Source of the DNA: an uncultured Candidatus Saccharibacteria bacterium
GTDB taxonomy: Bacteria > Patescibacteriota > UBA1384 > JACPKC01
Direction: 5' to 3'
Length of the DNA: 64,000 bases
Assembly: GCA_964423885.1 (NCBI GenBank)
Contig: CAYRGD010000004.1
Span: forward strand, 8,319 to 72,318
Shown here: piece after piece, positions 46,272 to 58,316 of the stretch
Numbering within the stretch: position 1 is the stretch's first letter
How the letters are laid out: each line of letters begins with the position of its first letter
Program-made: the position numbers and the translations under genes
The notes under the pieces: generated by a model
The model's input: the letters and a program-made list of their open reading frames with translations, nothing else
Database searches by the model: none
What the model was told of the DNA's origin: nothing

Positions 46272-47051
46272 ATGCCAACCGATCCAAAGACGATTCAGTG
46301 GTACAACGAGCACGCCGACGAGTACACGGAGCATGTCCGTAGCAAGGGACAGTCGGTCTACCATTCCCTGTACGAAAAGCCGGCAATGCGGGCGCTGCTT
46401 CCAGATCTCGATGGCAAGCAGGTATTGAGTATTGGCTGCGGGCCAGGCGAGGATGCGGCGCACCTGCAATCAGCGGGCGCAGCGAAATCGGTTGGGATCG
46501 ATATCTCCGAACAGCTAATCGTGCGAGCACGAGCGGCGCATCCTGCTTGTGAGTTTCACGTGATGGATATGGAGCAGCTCGCGTTTACGGATGCATCGTT
46601 CGATGTTGCGTACGCCAGTTTGGCGCTCCACTATTTGGAGGACTGGTCGCAGGTGTTTACCGAGGTGTATCGCGTACTTCGGCCCGGCGGATCGTTTCTG
46701 TTCTCGTGCGGGCACCCAACCTTTACGGCTATGGCGATCACCGAAGATACGGCAGAGCGGCGAGCGCGGATGCTTGGGGTGGTAAAGCACCCAACAACAA
46801 AGACCCGCGATATCGTCGGCGACTACTTCCGGCGGCGGATTGATGACACGGGCGGCGAGCAGATGGATGTTACTACCTGGCACAAACCGCTTACCGAGAT
46901 TGCCGCCGAGGCGACCGGCGCCGGCTTTGTAATAACCGCCCTTGTCGAGCCAACGCCACTGCCAGCAATGCAGTCCACCAATCCCGAGCAGTACAAGATG
47001 CTCTCGGCAATCCCGTTCTTTCTCATTCTAAAACTTGAGAAGCAGCAATGA
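46272..47051 (+). CDS. Class I SAM-dependent methyltransferase (Methyltransf_11/UbiE-like small-molecule type)
   Basis: VLSIGCGPGEDA motif I and a ..LRPGGSFLF post-II motif. Lower GC than the flanks. No DNA-MTase motifs. Confidence 0.75.
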   Translation: MPTDPKTIQWYNEHADEYTEHVRSKGQSVYHSLYEKPAMRALLPDLDGKQVLSIGCGPGEDAAHLQSAGAAKSVGIDISEQLIVRARAAHPACEFHVMDMEQLAFTDASFDVAYASLALHYLEDWSQVFTEVYRVLRPGGSFLFSCGHPTFTAMAITEDTAERRARMLGVVKHPTTKTRDIVGDYFRRRIDDTGGEQMDVTTWHKPLTEIAAEATGAGFVITALVEPTPLPAMQSTNPEQYKMLSAIPFFLILKLEKQQ

Positions 47052-47102
47052 CTCGCGCACACCCGGGAGATCGGTAGCTCGGCAGTAGTGGAGTTGCTGC
47101 TG

Positions 47103-47131
47103 AAAAAATAAGAGAGACTCGAGTCTCTCTT
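47103..47131 (-). terminator. Terminator hairpin (perfect 22-bp palindrome AAGAGAGACTCGAGTCTCTCTT) with an A/T tract; serves the minus-strand gene
   Basis: Palindrome at 47110-47131 preceded by AAAAAATA, which is a U-tract on the minus strand. Confidence 0.6.
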
Positions 47132-47144
47132 CTCTGGTCCGAAC

Positions 47145-47795
47145 TCATGTACCCTGGATCGCAATCGTGACTAATCGGTACCCAGCTCCGTTGGCTCGTT
47201 TGGAAGGCCCTTTTTTACAGATACCTGCGTTGCAGAGCTTTTTTATCTGACCCAAGACGGTGGTCCGTTTTATTCCGATACCACGAGCAAGCTCTGCCGA
47301 GCTTACGAGCTTGGATTGCGTTGATAGGTATTCCACGATCTCTTTTGAGATATGGAACGTGCCGAATCGTGGCAATCCGGATAAGGGGTGCGGGATATAC
47401 GACGCTTCCGCTTCGATCTCGATGCCGAGCAACGAAAATTGATTCGGGGTGCAGTTCCGGTCAATCAATAGTATTTGTCCAAGTGTATGGAGAGCGCGTC
47501 CAAGGCTGTCGGTAACGACCTCGCTTGCGTCCTGAACAATGATCGGGATTCTCCGTTCGATACTCGATTGACTGAGTCGCAGAAGATTGACTACCAGATG
47601 ATCCGCATAGCGCGAGGACAAGCAGTCGACTTGCTTGAAGTTGAGATAGAGGGCTTGATCTGTTGCTAACGCTTTCATATGCCGTTCCTGAATGCCTGGC
47701 ATGATCGTAGAAAGCGTGATATCTGACGGTGTTCTTCGCTTGGCGGGATCAGCATAGATCCCCTCCGGCAAGAGGAATACAATTTCATCAACCAT
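47145..47795 (-). CDS. Hypothetical regulator: N-terminal alpha/beta domain (..LSSRYADHLVVNLL.., possibly STAS-like/DUF4325-like) plus a C-terminal winged-helix HTH
   Basis: C-terminal ..SSAELARGIGIKRTTVLGQIKKLCNAGICKK....GYRL (wHTH). Low GC. Paralog of 47995..48642. Confidence 0.5.
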   Translation of the reverse strand: MVDEIVFLLPEGIYADPAKRRTPSDITLSTIMPGIQERHMKALATDQALYLNFKQVDCLSSRYADHLVVNLLRLSQSSIERRIPIIVQDASEVVTDSLGRALHTLGQILLIDRNCTPNQFSLLGIEIEAEASYIPHPLSGLPRFGTFHISKEIVEYLSTQSKLVSSAELARGIGIKRTTVLGQIKKLCNAGICKKGPSKRANGAGYRLVTIAIQGT

Positions 47796-47882
47796 TCGAT
47801 TCGCTCCAAATTAACGTGCTCGAACCTTGATTCGCCTGGGTGAGTATAGCGACTTGGTGTATGTCCAACAACGGTACATTTT

Positions 47883-47949
47883 CTTAAGAAAAACGGCCCC
47901 ATGCTTAAGGGGAGCAGTCGACAGTCGCTACGACGTATGTTGAATTCAA
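47883..47949. promoter_or_regulatory. Palindrome-rich divergent promoter/operator region between the paralogous wHTH genes
   Basis: CTTAAG x2 (47883-47888, 47904-47909), GTCGAC (47917-47922) and the 10-bp palindrome TTGAATTCAA (47940-47949). Confidence 0.4.
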
Positions 47950-47994
47950 TCCAAGCTAGCCTATAGCTGAGTTTCTTTTACAAAGGATGATGAA

Positions 47995-48642
47995 ATGGAA
48001 GAACAGGACACCGAAGCGAGTCCTGACGCTGAAGAGGATTACTTGCAGTACTCCTTTCCCGTCGGGGCCTATCTCGATACCCGGATCCCTAGTGAACAGC
48101 CCGGACGGCCTTCACCGATTGCCGCCATCGATTTGGCCCAAGCTATCTACGGGTGTCTTTCCGTAGCAGCGAAGAACGGCCATTGGGCGTTGCACTTGGA
48201 TGTAAGCGGTGTGGACTATATGAGCAGCCGCTATGCAACGTGGCTGGTTCGGAAGATTCTGAAAGCTACTTCGCATGATGAGGAATACCAACATATCCGC
48301 ATCGTAGTGACTGGGGCATCAGAATTAGTCTTAGAGCAGATCGAGGACTCGCTCGTTCTTGCAAAGCGCGTCGCATTCGCCGCAGCGCGGATATCGGACC
48401 AGCCCCGAATCCTTGGGGAGTTAGACGAAGTATTGCGAGCCTCGTTCGAGGCAATCCGGAACAACGGGCCTATGAACGCGCTGGAACTGTCGGAGATTCT
48501 TCGCGTACCAAGGCCGACAGCCGCGAACTACGTAGAGAGACTCTGCCGCTTTGGGCTGATCTCCAAAGTGAAATATCGGGGACGCAAAGGAGCCGCGTAC
48601 CGTTACTACTTCAGGTTGCCGGTTGCAGCCGGTAGCCAATGA
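47995..48642 (+). CDS. Hypothetical regulator, paralog of the divergent neighbour (N-terminal ..DYMSSRYATWLVRKIL.. domain plus C-terminal winged helix)
   Basis: C-terminal ..ALELSEILRVPRPTAANYVERLCRFGLISKV.YRGRKGAAYRY (wHTH). Low GC. Confidence 0.5.
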   Translation: MEEQDTEASPDAEEDYLQYSFPVGAYLDTRIPSEQPGRPSPIAAIDLAQAIYGCLSVAAKNGHWALHLDVSGVDYMSSRYATWLVRKILKATSHDEEYQHIRIVVTGASELVLEQIEDSLVLAKRVAFAAARISDQPRILGELDEVLRASFEAIRNNGPMNALELSEILRVPRPTAANYVERLCRFGLISKVKYRGRKGAAYRYYFRLPVAAGSQ

Positions 48643-48653
48643 CTATATCCCTT

Positions 48654-48682
48654 CGCCGCCCTCGGGCGGCGCTTTTCTTTTG
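48654..48682 (+). terminator. Rho-independent terminator: CGCCGCCC..GGGCGGCG followed by CTTTTCTTTTG
   Basis: 8-bp GC stem plus a T-tract after the stop at 48642. Confidence 0.7.
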
Positions 48683-48726
48683 TCTGGATTCCGTTAGGCT
48701 CAGGGCATAGGAAAGGAGCCTTGCCT

Positions 48727-49176
48727 ATGAAAGTTCTCCTCACGAAACCGGTCGCGCATCTAGGACTGCCAGGGGATGTCAAAGAGGTGAAAGACGGCTA
48801 CGCCCGCAACTACCTCATTCCGCAGGGCTTGGCGGTGCTGTCGTCCGATCCGATGGCCGGCCGGATCCACGCCGAGCTGGGCACGGCCCGGGCGCAGGCG
48901 GAGCAGGCAGCGAAACAGGCCGAGGCGTCGGCGGCGTCCTGGGAAGGCAAGCGCGTCGACCTTGCGGTGAAAGCCAATCCCGACGGCACCTTGTTCGGCG
49001 CGGTCACGGGCCGGGATATCGCCGAGTCGCTCGGCATCGATCCCAAGGACGTGCACTTCGAGAGCACCAAGGTGGCCGGCGAATCCACCGCCCGGATCGA
49101 CCTGGGATTCGGCGTCAGCGTCGAAATTCCTGTTATGATAGCTGCGGAAGGAACGAAGGCGCGGTCGCGCCGCTAA
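48727..49176 (+). CDS. rplI: 50S ribosomal protein L9
   Basis: MKVLLTKPVAHLGLPGDVKEVKDGYARNYLIPQGLA. AGGAG SD 7 nt upstream. Confidence 0.9.
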   Translation: MKVLLTKPVAHLGLPGDVKEVKDGYARNYLIPQGLAVLSSDPMAGRIHAELGTARAQAEQAAKQAEASAASWEGKRVDLAVKANPDGTLFGAVTGRDIAESLGIDPKDVHFESTKVAGESTARIDLGFGVSVEIPVMIAAEGTKARSRR

Positions 49177-49198
49177 ACATCGTTCGTGGAGGGGCAGG

Positions 49199-50659
49199 GT
49201 GGCAGTCGGTCCGTTGCATCTCGATCCGAGCTGGGAAGGGTTGGAGGAGCCGCAGAAGGCTCCCGCTGCCCCGTCGGCCGGTACGGTGCCGCCTGTTGCA
49301 GCCGCTCCAGCGGCTCCTCTAGTTGCTACGTCGAAATCCACGGCTGCTCCTGATCGTCCTGTTGCTACGTCCCCGGTTCCTGCTGCGGCTGTTCCCGTGC
49401 CGCCGCCGTTGCCTGATCTTGCCCAGGCCGCCGCTCCGCTCCCGCGGGCTGCCCGGCGGTTCCGGTTCCCTGTGTGGGGCTACGCCGTGGTCGGCGTGGT
49501 GGCGCTCGGCGGGATTCTGGTGGCCTTGAGCGAGTACGGCGCGCTGTCGCTCGGGATCGAGCAGTGGTGGGGATTGAGTAACCGGGCCGAGCGGGCATTG
49601 CCGGTGGCGGCTGCGACGATAGGGAAGCTCAACAACTACCAGGTGACCGGCAAGGTTTCGCTCGACGGGCTCGGCACCACGACCGGCGCGAGTCCGGCCG
49701 GCAGCTCGCTGCTGATCGAATTCATCGAACACCGGGCCGGCACGTACGCGCACACCACCGGCAACGTGACGTTCCACCCGGCCGCGGGTCAGGAACAGCT
49801 CTTGGGGCCGCTGCTCGCCGGCGGCGCACCGGTGCCGTTCGACGTGATTGCCTCGGACGCCGAGCTGTTCATCCATGTCGGCCAGGATCCCGAGGGCACG
49901 TACGAACGGTTCCTGCCGAGCGACGTCACGTACGTGGGCTTGAAGCAGGCCGGCTGGCCGGCGCTTATCGAGGGGTTGGCCGAGTCGCTCACCAAGGGGA
50001 AGCGGCTGCCCAAGCTCCGGCTCGAGAACGTGACGACCAAGGGCTACCGGACGGACGTGGCGGCCTCGGCGCTGCTCGGCCGGTTCAGCATGGCCACGGC
50101 AGGCGGGACGGCGAACCTTGCCGCTACGAGCCAGCTCGGCATTGGCGACAAACGGCCGTACCGGCTGACAGCCACAGGGCCGATCGCGACCAGCACGCTC
50201 CAGGCGAACCTGACGGCCACCCTGGACTTCGGCTCGTTCGGCGGCCAGGAGGCGGTCGTGCCGCCGACCGCGGACAAGGTCAAGTCCCAGTCGGTGCCGC
50301 TGTTCTTGAGCCAGCACGGACTCCTGCCGGCCGACAGCCCGGTCGGGCGCGATGTGGCCCGCAAGGCCGACCTGGACACGATCGCGGTCGCCCTCGTCGA
50401 ATACGCCTCGAGCCAGTTCCCGTTCAAGTACCCGACAACCGACGGCACCGTCCGGCTCGACAAGGACGGCACCGTAGCCGCGGCGCTCGCGCCGTTCCTG
50501 GCAGCGCTCCCGACCGACCCGCTCGCCGGCGACCGCTACTACGGCTACGCCAGCAACGGCGCTACCTTCACGCTCACGGCTGCGCTCGAAAATACCGGCG
50601 ACCCGAGCGGGAAGGCGGCCGGTTCGGTGTGGGTCTACAGCGTGAGCTCGCGGCCGTAA
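49199..50659 (+). CDS. Membrane-anchored protein with a Pro/Ala-rich linker and a C-terminal GspG/pilin-like globular domain
   Basis: TM segment (VWGYAVVGVVALGGILVAL). C-terminal ..KADLDTIAVALVEYAS..LPTDPLAGDRYYGYASNGATFTLTAALEN resembles a pseudopilin head domain. Confidence 0.5.
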   Translation: MAVGPLHLDPSWEGLEEPQKAPAAPSAGTVPPVAAAPAAPLVATSKSTAAPDRPVATSPVPAAAVPVPPPLPDLAQAAAPLPRAARRFRFPVWGYAVVGVVALGGILVALSEYGALSLGIEQWWGLSNRAERALPVAAATIGKLNNYQVTGKVSLDGLGTTTGASPAGSSLLIEFIEHRAGTYAHTTGNVTFHPAAGQEQLLGPLLAGGAPVPFDVIASDAELFIHVGQDPEGTYERFLPSDVTYVGLKQAGWPALIEGLAESLTKGKRLPKLRLENVTTKGYRTDVAASALLGRFSMATAGGTANLAATSQLGIGDKRPYRLTATGPIATSTLQANLTATLDFGSFGGQEAVVPPTADKVKSQSVPLFLSQHGLLPADSPVGRDVARKADLDTIAVALVEYASSQFPFKYPTTDGTVRLDKDGTVAAALAPFLAALPTDPLAGDRYYGYASNGATFTLTAALENTGDPSGKAAGSVWVYSVSSRP

Positions 50660-50725
50660 GGACTGGGAAAACCGCTAGCCATCCGCTAGCATGAGAGAAA
50701 CAGGTTCGAGAAAGGATACCTACCT

Positions 50726-51286
50726 ATGCTTATCGTCTGGATTCTTCTTGGCTTTCTGGTGTTGGCGATCGTCTGGGTGATCGGCGCGTACAACGGCCTG
50801 GTGTCGCTCAAGAACCGGACCGACGAAGCCTGGAGCGACATCGACGTCCAGCTGAAGCGCCGCTACGACCTCATCCCCAACCTGGTCGAGACGGTCAAGG
50901 GCTACGCGACCCACGAGAAGCAGGTATTCGACGACGTGACCAAGGCGCGCGCTGCGGCCATGGGTGCGGGCAGTCTCGAGGACAAGGCCGCCAAGGAAAA
51001 CATGCTCACCGGCGCCCTGAAGAGCGTCTTCGCGATCGCCGAGAACTATCCTGAATTGAAGGCCAGCCAGAGCTTCCTGAGCCTACAGGGCGAGCTCACC
51101 GACACCGAAGACAAAATCGAGGCCGCCCGCCGCTTCTACAACGGCAACGTCCGCGACTTCAACACCAAGCTCCAGGTGTTCCCGACGAACCTCATCGCCC
51201 AGAACCTCGGCTTCAAGGCCCGCGAGTTCTTCGAGGCCGCGGCCGGGGAGCGCGAGGCGGTGAAGGTCGACTTCAGTACCAAGTAA
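50726..51286 (+). CDS. lemA: LemA-family protein
   Basis: N-terminal TM segment, then ..YNGLVSLKNRTDEAWSDIDVQLKRRYDLIPNLVETVKGYA.HE.. Confidence 0.85.
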   Translation: MLIVWILLGFLVLAIVWVIGAYNGLVSLKNRTDEAWSDIDVQLKRRYDLIPNLVETVKGYATHEKQVFDDVTKARAAAMGAGSLEDKAAKENMLTGALKSVFAIAENYPELKASQSFLSLQGELTDTEDKIEAARRFYNGNVRDFNTKLQVFPTNLIAQNLGFKAREFFEAAAGEREAVKVDFSTK

Positions 51287-51299
51287 GGGGAGGTAACAT

Positions 51300-51614
51300 A
51301 TGGCAGACGATATGAAACGGGCAGGGACTGGGAACGACGTCGAGGACAACAAGTTGTGGGCGGTGCTCGGGTATCTTGGGATTTTGTGTTTGATCCCGTT
51401 GCTCGGCAAGAAAGACTCGCCGTTCGCCCAGTATCACGCGAAACAAGGGCTGGTGCTGCTCATCGGCTACGTGGTGTCGTGGATCCCGTTCCTGGGATGG
51501 ATCATCGGACTCGGCATATTGATTCTCGCGATCATCGGCATCCTGAACGCGCTCGGCGGCAAGATGACGCCGTTGCCGCTCGTGGGCCAGTACGCCGAAA
51601 AACTAAACATCTGA
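51300..51614 (+). CDS. Small membrane protein, DUF4870-like
   Basis: ..KLWAVLGYLGILCLIPLL.K.DSPFAQYHAKQGLVLLI.. pattern. Confidence 0.5.
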   Translation: MADDMKRAGTGNDVEDNKLWAVLGYLGILCLIPLLGKKDSPFAQYHAKQGLVLLIGYVVSWIPFLGWIIGLGILILAIIGILNALGGKMTPLPLVGQYAEKLNI

Positions 51615-51634
51615 TCCGAACGGATCGGAACCCT

Positions 51635-51662
51635 GCGCGGGCGACGGATCGCCCGCGTTTTG
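51635..51662 (+). terminator. Rho-independent terminator: GCGCGGGCGA..TCGCCCGCG followed by TTTT
   Basis: 9-bp stem plus a T-tract after the stop at 51614. Confidence 0.7.
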
Positions 51663-51675
51663 GTACAAGCAGGGT

Positions 51676-52377
51676 ATGAGCGCAGAAACCATCTTGAGTA
51701 CGTCGTGGCGTGTCCTGTGCCGCCACTGGCGCTACCTGGGCGTTATCGCGGCGGCAAACTTTTTGATCACCCTGATCGTGAGCGTCGCCAGCACCTTCCT
51801 GGGACTTAGCTCGTTGGCCGCGGTCGTCGTCGCGTCCGGCGCGGGCTTGCATCGGCTGGTGTTGCTCGCCGGCATCCTCGGGTTACTCGTGCTGCTGGCA
51901 GCGCTCGTCGCGCCGATCATCACCGGCGCGAGCCTTGCGGGTGCGGCGGCCGCCGTGGCGGATACCGTCGGCTCACCGATTGCGCCCTACCGGACAGCGC
52001 TCGGCCGGTACGGCCGGCTGGCGGTCGTGCTGGGCCTAGCCGGGAGCGTGGTGCTCGCGGGCCTCTGCCTGCTCGTCGTGCCCGGCGTCGTGGTGGCCGT
52101 GGCCTGCTTTGCCGCCCCGTACCTGGCCGTGACTACCGATGAGCCGCTCGGTGCGCTCGCCGCACGGTCGGCGGCGCTCGGCAAAGCCCATGCAGGAACG
52201 ATCCTGTTGCTCCTGCTCGCGCTTGGCGCGTTGTCGTTCGGGATCCCGTTCCTGCTCGGTCGTATCCCGTCGGCAGGGCCGCTCTTGGCCGGCTGCGCGA
52301 GCGCACTCATTGGGGTGTACGGTGCCCTCGCGATGACCGTGTTCGGCGCGCACGCGCTCCGGCATCACCGCTCCTAG
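51676..52377 (+). CDS. Hypothetical polytopic membrane protein
   Basis: About 6 TM segments. No recognisable motifs. Confidence 0.45.
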   Translation: MSAETILSTSWRVLCRHWRYLGVIAAANFLITLIVSVASTFLGLSSLAAVVVASGAGLHRLVLLAGILGLLVLLAALVAPIITGASLAGAAAAVADTVGSPIAPYRTALGRYGRLAVVLGLAGSVVLAGLCLLVVPGVVVAVACFAAPYLAVTTDEPLGALAARSAALGKAHAGTILLLLLALGALSFGIPFLLGRIPSAGPLLAGCASALIGVYGALAMTVFGAHALRHHRS

Positions 52378-52409
52378 CACCCCGCTACTCCCGTTGGTAG
52401 ACTACCGGT

Positions 52410-55384
<2,975 letters not shown>

Positions 55385-55443
55385 GATAAAACCAGTTTAA
55401 TCTTGTGAATAATCCGCTTTTTTGGGATATATAGCTGCAAGAA

Positions 55444-55458
55444 GCCGTTACAGACGGC
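55444..55458 (+). other. Short hairpin (GCCGT..ACGGC) in the promoter region of the low-GC island gene
   Basis: Inverted repeat immediately upstream of the AAGGAGG SD. Confidence 0.3.
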
Positions 55459-55485
55459 TTGTACTTTCACAAGGAGGAAAAGACA

Positions 55486-56880
55486 TTGCTACAACCGAAC
55501 GGGGGGACATCCCTCATGCCGACGTACGGCGGGACGTTGGATCAGCCGACGTTTGCAACGATCCGACGGTATTTCTACAACCAACCAAAGAACGTGGCCT
55601 TTCTCGTTCACTCGCTCGATTTCCGTAAGGAACTAGGTTTGATCGAGCAGCAATCCGACAGTGCAAGACGGCGGTTGGAAAAGACCTGCCCCTTATTTGA
55701 GGCTGAAGTAAAAGATGAGAACGGCAATAGCAGTAAGGTAAGTAAGCAAAACTTCATCATCCGAGGGGCATTTGCCAAGTATGCGCTTAAGCCAATCGGT
55801 CAGTTTGAAGTTAAGTTCCGAGGTCGATCCTGTTACGGGCTCTTCCTGTTCGTTCCGTATTTGCCGGAGGAGTTTCAAGACCCTAGGAAAAAAAGAGAAA
55901 TTCTAGGGACACTGAAGCAGGCATTGATGGTCGCGAAAGAGCACGGGGCCGAGTATGTTGGTCTAGGCGCGTTCACGTCGATTATCAGCGCCAACGGATT
56001 GCTCTTGCAGAATGATTCGCCCGTACCGCTTACATCCGGCTCGTCCGGTACCGCGGTCTGGAACGAGCGGGGGGTGATGCATGGCTGCCAGCAGCTAGGC
56101 ATTAAGCCGCGCAGGAGCACATTAGTGATCCTGGGGACTGGCAGTGTCGGCACCCCGACAGCGCTTTTACTTGCTCACCGCTTCCAGCGCACGATCCTGT
56201 GCGCACGGGGCCGGGCCGACCTGGAATCGTTGCGGGCGAACCTCATCCAGCTCGGTTGCAAGCCGAACCGGATCGAGATCAACAACAGCGACTTCAATGC
56301 CGCTGCACGAGACGCGGACGTATTGGTGTTGGCAACCAGCGTTGCATCGTCGGCCCAGTTGGCACTTGATCCACGAATGATCCGCCCAGGATCGCTCGTG
56401 CTCGACGTTGGCCGCCCCCGGAATTTTCCGCCGGAGGCGGTCGCAACGGCGCCCTACTTGGTTATCGACGGCTCAATCTGCCGGTTTCCAGGAAAGATCA
56501 CCGATGACTCGTACAAATTGGTGGGCATGGGCCAGCCGAACGAGGCCTGGGGGTGCCTGGCGGAAACGATCTTCCGCGGCCTCGACGGTGAACTGGCCAG
56601 TACCAGTATTGGTAATTTCATTCGCCGAGGTGAGCTCAAAGAAGCGCAGCGGATGTTGCGCGTCCTGAATGCGAAAATGAGCCGCTGTGGGTTCGAGCTC
56701 GCATCGCTCCGGTCAAATGACGTCGCACTCAGTCCTGAGCGAATCCAAGAGGTTCGTGTGATCCGGCGACGTGCGTTAAAGCTGCAGCGTATGCAGCATG
56801 TCCAACACATTAAACACAATCTCAACGCGAACTGGGAACGGTTTGCCGGCCGTCCCTCCGAACAACCCGGGACCCCGTAA
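55486..56880 (+). CDS. Acyl-ACP reductase (AAR)-family oxidoreductase homolog with N- and C-terminal extensions. Start TTG 55486 (SD-spaced), ATG 55516 or TTG 55459.
   Basis: Collinear with cyanobacterial AAR: FLVHSLDF, GAFTSII, Rossmann LVILGTGSVG, ..DVLVLATS.., ..LVLDVGRPRN and a Cys-containing ..DGSICRF. Low GC. Confidence 0.55.
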   Translation: MLQPNGGTSLMPTYGGTLDQPTFATIRRYFYNQPKNVAFLVHSLDFRKELGLIEQQSDSARRRLEKTCPLFEAEVKDENGNSSKVSKQNFIIRGAFAKYALKPIGQFEVKFRGRSCYGLFLFVPYLPEEFQDPRKKREILGTLKQALMVAKEHGAEYVGLGAFTSIISANGLLLQNDSPVPLTSGSSGTAVWNERGVMHGCQQLGIKPRRSTLVILGTGSVGTPTALLLAHRFQRTILCARGRADLESLRANLIQLGCKPNRIEINNSDFNAAARDADVLVLATSVASSAQLALDPRMIRPGSLVLDVGRPRNFPPEAVATAPYLVIDGSICRFPGKITDDSYKLVGMGQPNEAWGCLAETIFRGLDGELASTSIGNFIRRGELKEAQRMLRVLNAKMSRCGFELASLRSNDVALSPERIQEVRVIRRRALKLQRMQHVQHIKHNLNANWERFAGRPSEQPGTP

Positions 56881-56895
56881 GGGGTCCTTTTTCTT
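56870..56895 (+). terminator. Rho-independent terminator: GGGACCCC-GTAA-GGGGTCC followed by TTTTT. The TAA stop codon sits in the loop.
   Basis: Hairpin 56869-56887 plus T5. Confidence 0.65.
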
Positions 56896-56909
56896 GTATA
56901 GTGGCATAT

Positions 56910-58316
56910 ATGCCAGAGCGAGGGGCGGGCTTCGTGCCCGATGAATACGTAGAGTCGGCGCCGGAGAGCCACCAGCCGCCCGAACCGCCAATAGCAGCCG
57001 AGCCCGTACGCGAAGCACCGCCCGCGGTCAACGAGGCGGAAGCCCTTGTGCGGCAGCTGCAAGGCGAGGGCCAGAAGCAGAGCGAAGGGCGGTTCACCAA
57101 GGATATCGCCCGCGAGACGGGCCTTGCCATGAAAGAGGCGGGCAGCGCAGAGGGGGCCTTGAGTTATGCAGGCTACAGGCTGATCAAATCCACACTGACG
57201 CCCCTAATTGGCGAGATGCAGGATCTTAAAGAGCTCTCGCAAAAGCAGGCACTGGATGCGGAACAACAGCAGCGCCTATCCGACCTGCTGCCGACCGCCC
57301 GTGCCTGGGAACTGACGCTTGGGCCGCTCGCAAAGAAGTTAGACGCGAGCCTATTGCAGCGGCCCGACATTTTGAATTCATACGCGTCTCTCTGGGATAG
57401 AAAAGACGAGCGGAAGGAAAGACTGGAAAACAAACGGTCCCGCTCCGAAGATCACCTCATCAACGGGCTCCCGCTGATACTGCTCACGGATGATCTGTCC
57501 TATCTCATCAGGAACGCATCATCCGCCCAGGGAGAGTTCGATGAGGCTGCGTATGATGCGCAGCGGGCGTACGTCCGGCACTGTGGCGATCTATTTACTA
57601 AGCTGCCGTGGAATCATCGCAGTGAGTTTATGAAGATGATCGTAGAGAAGCCGGAATTATCAGGAGAGTTCGACGACCTTGCTGATGGATCCTCGCGCCT
57701 TCCGTTGCTCGAGCAGATCGGTGTATCTCATGCTCGCGAATCGACACTGGAGGAGACACTGGAGAATAAGGTGCGTAAATCGTGGGAACGGTCATGGGAG
57801 CAGTTTGATGCATTACTGAAGAACTCAGAACTAGGGCCGTACCTCGAAGCGATACAGCAATTGGATGCTATGGATAATGGTCGTGGCAATATCAAGCTCC
57901 GACCTCAAGATTATGAGAGAGAGCTTGAGGATAAGCGTCCGTTTCTCGTTATGCGCGTAGGCGACTTTGCACTGGAGTCCGCGCCGGATAAAGATCGGCG
58001 ACCCGCCGCGACGCTTGGCCGTATCCGCGAGCTCAATACAAAAATGAAGGAGCTCCGTTTATCCATGGACGTGAATCCGATGTCCGTTCTCGGATTCCGA
58101 GAGCATCGCAGCACCGAATCTCTCAAGGAGCGGAGGCCGAAGTCCGGTTCCATTTTCCTTGGCAACGAGTACCTCATGAGCAAGCGGCCGGATATCTTCC
58201 TGAACGGTAACGTATTCGACCTGTCCCGCAAGAAAGAGGAATACGGCGAGCGGCCGACCTACCTTGGCGACAGCGACTACGTGATTGTCCGGAACAACAA
58301 CTCGGAGCGTGCCTAG
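56910..58316 (+). CDS. Hypothetical soluble 469-aa protein with no recognisable domain; alternative GTG start at 56901
   Basis: Low GC and an extended -10 TTGTATAGT 7 nt upstream of the ATG (leaderless). Charged and helix-rich. Confidence 0.5.
   Translation: MPERGAGFVPDEYVESAPESHQPPEPPIAAEPVREAPPAVNEAEALVRQLQGEGQKQSEGRFTKDIARETGLAMKEAGSAEGALSYAGYRLIKSTLTPLIGEMQDLKELSQKQALDAEQQQRLSDLLPTARAWELTLGPLAKKLDASLLQRPDILNSYASLWDRKDERKERLENKRSRSEDHLINGLPLILLTDDLSYLIRNASSAQGEFDEAAYDAQRAYVRHCGDLFTKLPWNHRSEFMKMIVEKPELSGEFDDLADGSSRLPLLEQIGVSHARESTLEETLENKVRKSWERSWEQFDALLKNSELGPYLEAIQQLDAMDNGRGNIKLRPQDYERELEDKRPFLVMRVGDFALESAPDKDRRPAATLGRIRELNTKMKELRLSMDVNPMSVLGFREHRSTESLKERRPKSGSIFLGNEYLMSKRPDIFLNGNVFDLSRKKEEYGERPTYLGDSDYVIVRNNNSERA

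Noticed and set aside
46272-47051. DNA methyltransferase / restriction-modification system in low-GC island 1
   Set aside because: The MTase has small-molecule class-I motifs only (no DPPY/NPPW, no target-recognition domain). No endonuclease-like ORF is present.
47260-47670. Small + strand ORFs (47260-47442, 47321-47515, 47475-47669) inside the minus-strand regulator gene
   Set aside because: They are short, have no RBS and lie antisense to a gene with a convincing winged-helix C-terminus.
56910-58316. Aldehyde-deformylating oxygenase (ADO) partner for the AAR-like gene
   Set aside because: ADO is a ferritin-like di-iron protein of about 230 aa with two EXXH motifs. This 469-aa protein lacks them and is separated from the AAR-like gene by a terminator.
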